Below the pieces are notes generated by a model that searched no databases, was not told where the DNA came from, and saw only the letters and a program-made list of their open reading frames with translations. A stretch of 64,000 bases of DNA from Piromyces finnis finn (lineage: Eukaryota; Fungi; Neocallimastigomycota), in contig MCFH01000001.1 of NCBI GenBank assembly GCA_002104945.1, forward strand, positions 682,001 through 746,000, given 5' to 3'. This document shows positions 55,134 to 64,000 of the stretch, one piece after another. The translations under genes and the position numbers were made by a program. The stretch's first letter is position 1. The number at the start of each line of letters is the position of its first letter.

Positions 55134-56447
55134 GTCTGGAACAGAGGAAATTGTTTTATCTATGTTATCTAGTACATTTGTAGTTGAACCAATTGGATTC
55201 ACTAAATTTGATTTATTTTCAGATTCAGATTCGTCAGTTTCCATAGTAGAATTTGAATATATAGCAGATTTATATTCTTCTGAAATAGAAGAAGTTGTTT
55301 CTTCACTTGAATTATTAATTCCAGATGAATTTAAATGTGTATTTTTCATTGTTGTACTTAAAGAAGTTGTTGAAGAAGATATATCATTACTACTTTCCTG
55401 ATTATTATGTAATTCCACCACATAATTATTGTTTTGAGCAATTGAATGTTTTTTTAATGTAGGTGTCGAAGTTATAGTTGTTGAAGAAGTAATACTAGAA
55501 TCAGTAGAATCGTTGTCATCATATGATTCTGTAATAATATCTGTTGATTTTTCTTTAGATGAAATTGTCGATGTTGTTTTAGTAAATGAGTTGTCATCTG
55601 ACAAAGAATTTTCATCTAAATTATTCATATTAGTATCATTATTAGATTCATTATTTTTTGAATTAATTAAAGAAAAATTATTTTTTTCTTCATTATTAGT
55701 GTCATTATGGTATGACGATTCATTTTCAGTTGATGAAATTAAATAATCACTGCTAAAATTATTGTTTTCCTTAATATATGAATTACTATAATAATCTTTT
55801 ATTGATTGAAGGGGTATATTTTTATTTTTATTAATATTAGTAATAAATTCTTTATTTGAATTTGATGATAGAGATGATAATGATGAAGTTATAGTTGTGG
55901 TTGTTGATGATGTAATTTCTTCTGTGGTATCTGTAGTTAGTTCTGAAGAATACTCTGTATTATTATCTGATTTTTCTGTTTCTGATGTTAATAATGATGA
56001 ATTAAATATTGTTTTATTATTTATTTTTTTCTTTTCTTTATCCGATTTATTTGGCATTAATGGTATACCTCTCATAGAATGATTTAAATTAATGGTATCA
56101 ATACTATAACTACCTTTTAGTGATTGATTGGTATTAGAATCATTTTGTTTTTCAAAGTAAAAATTAGTATTATGTTGATCAGTTGTATTATCATAACTTA
56201 AATTTATTCTACGTCTTAATTTATTTTTAATAGAATTATATAGCACAGAATCACTAGAGTAATCTACTGAGTTTTTTTGATCACCTTCATTATATCTGGC
56301 ATTATTATCATGGTATTTATAATTGTTTCTAATAGATGACAAATTAAAACTATTCTTTCTTTTTAATTTATTTATAAAATTTTTTAAATTACTATCTGAA
56401 GTAATAGAATCATTAGAGGAATAAGAGGTATTATTATTTAAATTCAT
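44931..56447 (-). CDS. Very large (~3,300 aa) low-complexity/coiled-coil protein with a PACT-like motif (pericentrin/Pcp1/Spc110-like); ~12 exons, single-gene model inferred
   Basis: Same-strand ORFs 53499..56447, 52879..53373, 49064..52735, 48458..48919, 48090..48293, 47761..48048, 46820..47170 and 45150..46352 are separated by GT-AG intron-like gaps. An unlisted exon 46537-46760 joins its two neighbours in phase. The last exon ends VTSSSFL* at 44931. Confidence 0.6.
46362..46450. repeat. (AAAT)n microsatellite within an intron
   Basis: Seen directly; ~22 units. Confidence 0.95.
52053..52211 (-). repeat. Coding 60-nt tandem repeat (~2.6 copies), encoding SNKILEKQKEIAEDNKLIN-type units
   Basis: Lines 52021-52211 repeat with a 60-nt period and few substitutions. 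Confidence 0.9.
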
Positions 56448-57567
56448 AATTATTATTTAACTTTTCTATTTTTCAATTTCTCTTTATTGCCTTCTTTTAA
56501 TTAATTAAAAAAAAATAAAATAAAACTTTTATATATTTTTTATCTTTACTTTAGACTATTCTGTTTTTGATAAATAATGGTTAATAATAAAATTATTTTT
56601 ACACTTTATTTTTTATTATAAATAAAATTTCAAAATATTTTATAGTTACTCAGATTTAATTAATAAATAATTATTTATATAGAGATTAAAGTTTTTGTGT
56701 ATTAAATTTTATTTTTAATAATAATATGATCAAATTATAATAAATAAAGTCTTGATATAATTCAGCAATTTCTTTGTTTAAATAAAAATAAAATAAAATA
56801 AAATTATATATAAAAGTTTTAATAATTTTCACCTTTCCTTTTTAATATAGTATTATTTCAAATTACTAAAATCAAAATGTTAAAAATAATATTTAAAAAA
56901 AAAATGAAAGGCTTTTAATGGTAATTATTAAAATTAAATAAATCCCATTTAATAGTAATTTTTAAAACAATTTATTTCTTCAATTAGTAAATGTCAATTA
57001 CTAATAATTTATTTTTATTTTGAAATAGTTATAAATTATTAAATATCATATTTCGTAAATTATATGAAATAAAGGAAAAAAAAAAAAAAAAAAGCTTTAT
57101 GTAGCTTTAAATTAATATTTATTCTATTATTGAAACATTTTTAGTAAGCAAAAATAAAAATAAAATATATATTTTATTTTGTTTATTTTATTTATTTTTA
57201 TAATTATTATATTAATTATTATTTTACTTTATTTTTAATTATATTTTAATTGCTTGATATTTTTATTGTATTTTTATAAATTTTATAAGTTGTATTTAAT
57301 TTAATATTGCATTTCTTTATAATTTTTTCTTATATGTATAAAAAAAAAGGCATAAAGGATGTATTATGTTACCATTTTAAAAAAACATTGATGTTTGTTT
57401 TTATATCATCAAAAAAATATTTTTAAAACAATATTAATGCATTATTGAAATTAATATTCTTTCTTTTTTATTTTTTATTACTGTTTTGTTATTATGTAAA
57501 TTTAGTTATTTTTTTATTTCATATTTATGGTAATATTGTGAAACTGTATGTGTATTTATTCATTAAT

Positions 57568-59416
57568 CTAGAAAATAACATCTTCATCACGGATTGAATC
57601 GAGAATGTTAGCTATTATTTTAGATTTAAAAGATTTATATAAATAATTTTAAAATAAAAAGTATATAAAATATATATATACATTTAGATAAAAAAAAATA
57701 AAATAAAATTCATTAGTATTTTTAATATTAATAAATATATTCATTCCTCTATTCTTAATAATTTCTTACCCTTTAATTCACCAGATTCGATATTCTTAGC
57801 ATTTTCTTCATCAGCCTTTCCTTGGTTCTTCTTCTTTTGAATCATCTTTAATCTTTATTATATTAATATATTTAAATAAATAATCATTAATACATACATA
57901 CATACATTATTTTTTACTATATATATCTTTATAAAAAAAAATTACCTGAAGAATTCTTCACGATCTTGTTCATCCAATTCAGAAATAATATAGGCAATAG
58001 TGTTTTCATACTTTGGGATAGTAACATGTTCAATAGCATTAACACGACGGTTAGTTAATCTAATAACTTCATCAAGAACAACGAAAGCAGTCTTTATATA
58101 AAATTATTTTAATAATATTAATCATTTATATATATATGAATTTAATATGTATATTTCAAAATGTTTTTTGCCATACTTGTAATGAAGCTAATTCAATTAA
58201 AACCTTGGCGGCACCAATGTAAGTGTCCTTACATTTTTGAACTTGTTGACCACCACGACCTAAACCGGTTAATTCAAAAGCTGATTATCCCAAAAAAAAA
58301 TAATATTCAAAAATACTTAGTAAAAACATTACCAATTTATAATTTAATTTAATTTTAAAATTCCATATACTTACCATTTTGTCCATCAATGTAGTATTCA
58401 AAGTTTGGTAATTGAACACCAGAAACATTTTCAGACTTAGCACGAACTCTGAGTTGAGCAGTGGAAACACTTTCACGAACTTGGAAACTATTCAAATTAA
58501 TTCACATTAGTTGTTATCCTAATTTATTTTTAAAATTTAAATTTCACTTAATATATGAATTTACCTGATATCACCAGTGGTGTAGGCAACTTCAGCAAGA
58601 GAGAAAGAAGCAACTTGCATAATCTTACCCATCTTTCTCTTAGACTAAAGAATTATAAATTAATATTAAAATAATATTTTTATTAATTTTACCTTTTCAA
58701 ACAATAGAATTAATTATATTAATAATTTTATATTTACATCTTCAATCTTCTTGGTAATTTCTCTGAAACGTCTAGTTAAAGCTTCACTCTTTCTCTTTAA
58801 AAGATTGTGACCATTTTGAGCACCCTTCAACTTGGCCTTCATGTTGGTGAGGGCCCTATTATAATTACGAAAAATATTTCAGTATACAATGATTGATTTT
58901 AAAGAATGAATTTATAAATAAAAGTTGATACAAATTAATTATATTGAATATAGGCAAAAGTATTCTTAACAAAAAAATTGTTTTATTATTTATTTTTGTT
59001 GTTATTATTGTTATTTGTTATTTTTCCTATATCATTTTTTTTCCTTTTTTTTTGTATAATCTTTAAATTTATAAATAAATGATTTTTATAAATAATCATA
59101 TTAATTTAATTATAATTCCTTTTTTTTTTTTTAGGTTCTTCTCTCCATTTATTTATTTTTTGGGTTTATATGTTTAATTTAAATCAAATAAATCATAAAA
59201 TTAAATTAAATCCTTTAATATTTCGGTAATCCTTTAATTTATTAAAATTATTATATCGCAATGAAAAAAACTTTCACGAATGATTTTATCACTTCTCTTG
59301 AATTTTTTTTATTGAACTCTTTTTCTTAATTATTTTATTACATATTTACAAATATTTATTTTTATTTATTCATACATTCTAGTTGGGAAGACATTAAATC
59401 TAGCGTTTGAAGACAT
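57568..59416 (-). CDS. VMA8: V-type ATPase V1 subunit D, 8 exons
   Basis: Spliced: [14 protein letters not shown]|[31 protein letters not shown]...[15 protein letters not shown]...LASLQ|[51 protein letters not shown]...[13 protein letters not shown]. Confidence 0.95.
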
Positions 59417-60556
59417 CTTTATTAATTAGAATTTTTTTAAATTTATTCTTAATTTTTAAATAAAAAAAATTAAAAAATGGAAAAAAAAAATTTTTTTTTA
59501 TTATATTATTATTACAGATTTGATAAAATAATATATTTATTATTAAAATTTTGGTTTTTTTTTTTGTATAATATTTTGGTAATAATATAAATTTAATGTA
59601 GATTTGCACCCACAAATTAGCTTACTTGAAAATAATTATCGATAATAGTTATTATGATAATATTATAATTATTATCAAAGTTAAATGATCAAAAGTATAA
59701 ACATTATATATTGTTCATATATTATAATATATATTAATATATTAAAACAATTAATATACATTATACATTAAATATATTATCCATATTTCATAAATTCTTA
59801 TAATTTATATTAATATAAATCTTTATTATAGGGTTAGATTTTTAATAAAATTCAGTATTTATTTTATTTATAATATTACTATTTTTTATTAGCATTTCTT
59901 TTCCTTATTATTATAAATATAAATTATTATTATATTATTAATAGTTGTAATATTGATATTATTAGTATTATTATATTCTTTATTATTTACTATAAAATTT
60001 AGTAATTTCTTAAAACTAACCAATATATTTTGAGATGGCTGTTTTTCAATGGCATTGATTGAATAAAAATTTAAATATAAATTAATAAATTATATACTTA
60101 TTAATACATTAATAATAAATGTTAAATACAACAATATATGAATAAATTTTTGTTGGATATTAATTAATAAAATGACATAATATACATTATATTTATTGGA
60201 TAAAATTATTTCTTAAAGAATTAATGTATTTCAAAAATGTACATAAAATTTGATAAGAAAAAATAATAATTTTTATAAAAATTATTCAAAATGTTTTTTT
60301 TTTTTTTTAATATTAAAAATTAGAATGCATTATTCCTTATTAATATATATAAAAGTAAAAATTATAATTTTTTTTTAAAAAAAAAATAGCAATAATATAA
60401 ATATGATATTTGTATATTTGCGTGTTTTTTTAATTTTTATTAATGATGTATTATGTAATTTAGATATATTGAGGATTTCGAAACATTTAAAATTAATTTT
60501 GAAGAATAGAAAGTTTTATAAATTTGAATTAGGAATAATTATAAAACTGTTAAACA

Positions 60557-61187
60557 TTATTCTTGTACGCATATTTCAAGCTATAAAAGAAAAGTATAAA
60601 AGATGTTAAAATAATAAAATACAAATAAAAATATATATATAACAATAGAAATTTTATAAAATTTATTAAAAACTTACAAAGAGAAATGCATTTTCCCTTG
60701 GGTCCTATATAATAATATTATAATATATATATTAATTATATAATTACATTTCAAATTAATTTTTTTTTTTTTTAATTTTCTTTATTGAATTACTAACATT
60801 AATATGTAAGCCTTTCGGTTCATATATAATTCTATTTTGTTCAGCTATAGTATTACTTAATTTTTTTAGTTTTTTTTCATATGTTGTTTTATAACAAAAA
60901 TCAATAGTATATATGGTTAAACAAGAAATTAATACATCGAAAAAATTTAAAAATGAAATTTTTTCAGCATCATAAAGTTGTTGATTAATTAAATTGAGGG
61001 TATCTAAGAATATTGTTTTTTCTATCCGACCTGCCAACATTGGAGGAAATTCAACATTAAATTGGCAAATTTCTCCATGGCTATAATCTCTTTCAATTCT
61101 TACATAGCGTTCAACGCTTGGCATTTTTTTTCCATCAAAACTCAATGGTCTTGGTTGATCAGCTCTTATTGAAAATCTATTAGACAT
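60557..61187 (-). CDS. ERF4: ERF4/Golgin A7 family palmitoyltransferase accessory subunit, 3 exons
   Basis: YVRIERDYSHGEICQFNVEFPPMLAGRI...LNLINQQLYDAE...IYEPKGLHIN|DPRENAFLF|LEICVQE*. Confidence 0.8.
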
Positions 61188-61292
61188 GTTTTATATTTTA
61201 TTTTTAATTGTTATTTTGTGTGTTTATGCTTGTTTTTTAAGAGTATATTATTTTGTTTTAATATATTGCTTGAGATTTCATAAATTGATTTT

Positions 61293-61376
61293 ATTTGATT
61301 TTTAATTATTTGAAATTCAATTTAAAATTTAAGTATTTGATTTTTAATTATTTGAAATTCAATTTAAAATTTAAGT
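61293..61376. repeat. Perfect 42-bp tandem duplication upstream of ERF4
   Basis: ATTTGATTTTTAATTATTTGAAATTCAATTTAAAATTTAAGT occurs twice (61293-61334, 61335-61376). Confidence 0.9.
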
Positions 61377-61483
61377 AATTTATATTGATTTGAAAAATTT
61401 CAAAACTTTTATTATTATTGTATATGTATCTTTATATGTAATTTATTTCGCTTTTTAATTTTATTTTCAAAGATTCATGTTTT

Positions 61484-61522
<39 letters not shown>

Positions 61523-61560
61523 ATTTAAAAGTCTTAACAACATCTTTTTCTAAATTAAAT

Positions 61561-61741
<181 letters not shown>

Positions 61742-62227
61742 TTAGTTATTTATTTAACAAGAAAATTTTATATATATTCTATTTATTCAAAATTTAATAT
61801 TTAAAATTTCATATATTTTTAATTTATTTTTAATTTCCAATAAACTTTATTTATTAATAATTTAAATTAACTAACTTTAATTAAATAAAAAAGATGGTTA
61901 AGTTTTTATCTTTAAAAATAAAAATATATTTTATTATTTTAAGGAAGGTGAATGATACCATTTATAGATTTTATATATTTAACTTTATAAAATATATTAA
62001 TAAAAATTAAAATTAGAATGATATTCATATGCATAGTTCATTAGTTTTTTTTAGTATATTATTCTTTTACTACATATATTTAAAAACTATTTATAAATTA
62101 TCATAAGAAAATAATTCGAGAAATTCCTTCTCTCTTTTTCATTTTTACCAAATTTCGTATAATTTAATTTTAAACTCTTGTAAATAGTATTAAATATCTA
62201 AAGTTTTTCGAATCGTTAGGGGAAAAA

Positions 62228-64000
62228 ATGAATGAATTAAAAATAACTAATGAAAATTCTCTTTCAGAAACAATTTCATCATATGTTGAAATTCTTAAAA
62301 AAGTACCATATTAAAATTCAATATTTTTAAATATCAAAAAATTTTGTTTTTACTAAATATTTAATAAATTTTATATTGTTGTTGTTGTTGTTGTTGTGAT
62401 GTTGTTGTTATAGGTAACACATTTTAAATATATTTCAGACAAAAACTTAATTAAAATTGCATCAAGAGTTTCCGAAGTCAAATTTCAATCTAATCATGAA
62501 ATCTTTAGAAAAGTAATTAACAATATTACAATGATATTTGCAATTAATATTACATATTTTCAAAACATTAACATATATGCATATATATAGGGAGATATGT
62601 CAAATGACATTTATATCTTAATTGAAGGAAATGTATGCTATTCTTTATATGAATATATTTATAATTATAATTTTAAAAAAAAAAACATAAAATACTTACA
62701 TATTACAATATATTTAATTACTTAATTATTATAACATATTAAAAAAGGCCTATCGTGATTATTTAAATGGAAGATCTGGAACATATATTCATAAATTTTC
62801 GTATTTTGGAGAAAGAAGTGTATATATCATGATACTAAAAAAAAAAAATTAATCATAATATTTTCATGAATGAATATTTATAAAAATATTTATATTTTAA
62901 TTGTATATTATTAATAATTCAATAATAAGTGCTTATTTGATGAACCAAGAAGATGCACTGTATCAACTACTTGTACTAGTCGTTGTCTTCAATTAAAAGG
63001 TGAAGATTTCATATATATGATTCTTCATGAACTCCCCTTTGCTACAGCAGTTGGTAACTATCATATAGAATTATTTTAATGTTATATAAACGTTAATTTG
63101 AAAATTAATTAAATAATATATAATAAAAAGGACGTTCTTTAAGAGTTAAGCAACATATCTTCGGTAAATTTATATTATTTATATAATCATTTAATTAAAT
63201 TACATTCAATAATTTCAATATTTTCCTATTCATATATTAATATATATTGATCAATATTTGTTTGAAAAATAGATAACTTTGAAGCTTTCAATAATTATTT
63301 ATTTAGTTGTGTTGCTAAGAAAAAAATTAATTTCCAAAAATTATTAAATCTCTACGCTAACATGAAACCTGCTATGCATCCAAACGTTAAAACAGCAAAA
63401 CTTGAAACAAGTGCTTGGGTTTATGCTATTAAGCGTTTACCAACAAATATTTGTTCAACTAGTACTATTGTTATGTCTACTAAAATCATTCCAGTAAGTT
63501 ATTAATATATATTTAGAAAAAGTAGTATTTTAATAATTAAAAATAAATATATATATCATATCCTCCAAAAAAAAAAAAAAAAAGATCCTAATGGATGAAA
63601 TGAAGAGAAATAACACCGGTAATGTTAAGACAATATGTAGAAGAAGATCTACCTGGAACTTAGGTAATGGTAAAATATTTATCCTTTTAAGAGACTCGGA
63701 AACCGATATTATTGATCTTATGACATGTCTTTGTTTACATGCCATTGAAGCTAAAAAATTAAGAAATTTATTATCTAAAAATCCAAGAAATATAAGTTTA
63801 TTGGTATATTATTTATAATATATAAATATATATAAATATATATATATAATGTATATTAAATTAATCATTTTATATAATTTTTATTCTTAGTATGATGCTA
63901 TTCAAGAAATAAAAAATGGGGCTAATGAAACTTTTGAAATGCAAGAAAAAATTTTATCCAAAATAAAAGAATTAACACCAGATGATGTTGAAGGTATTTT
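62228..64000 (+). CDS. Cyclic nucleotide-binding (cNMP) domain protein with an uncharacterised downstream domain; multi-exon, truncated by the window end
   Basis: Spliced: HFKYISDKNLIKIASRVSEVKFQSNHEIFRK|GDMSNDIYILIEGN|...SYFGERS|CLFDEPRRCTVSTTCTSRCLQLKGEDF. This matches the cNMP FGE...R phosphate-binding cassette pattern. Confidence 0.75.

Noticed and set aside
49086-56082. Multiple + strand ORFs rich in Ser/Leu/Phe (e.g. 51804..52286, 54997..55401)
   Set aside because: These are antisense shadows of the long Asn/Glu/Lys-rich exons on the - strand.

Overview
This is extremely AT-rich eukaryotic DNA with short GT-AG introns and fungal-type orthologues, most consistent with an anaerobic gut fungus (Neocallimastigomycota; inferred, not verified). 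Genes in order: PQ-loop protein (-), TSR1 (-), PRP8 (+, intein-free), a PH-Clu-TPR protein (+), a single-ORF APE/RT non-LTR retrotransposon with one in-frame stop (-) and four structured 123-bp repeats upstream of it, an intronless stand-alone TrpB-like enzyme (-), a YDD-repeat LIM protein (+), an HVA22/REEP-like protein (+), a ~3,300-aa coiled-coil protein with a PACT-like motif (-), V-ATPase subunit D (-), ERF4 (-) and a cNMP-binding protein that runs off the right end (+). The most striking signal is the TrpB-like enzyme. It keeps its PLP-binding residues but has Gly in place of the near-invariant catalytic Glu109, the substitution that unlocked phenol (tyrosine synthase) chemistry in engineered TrpB, and it also has Asp305Cys. 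No tRNA, rRNA or CRISPR features were recognised. Exon boundaries and family calls were made by eye, without database searches.
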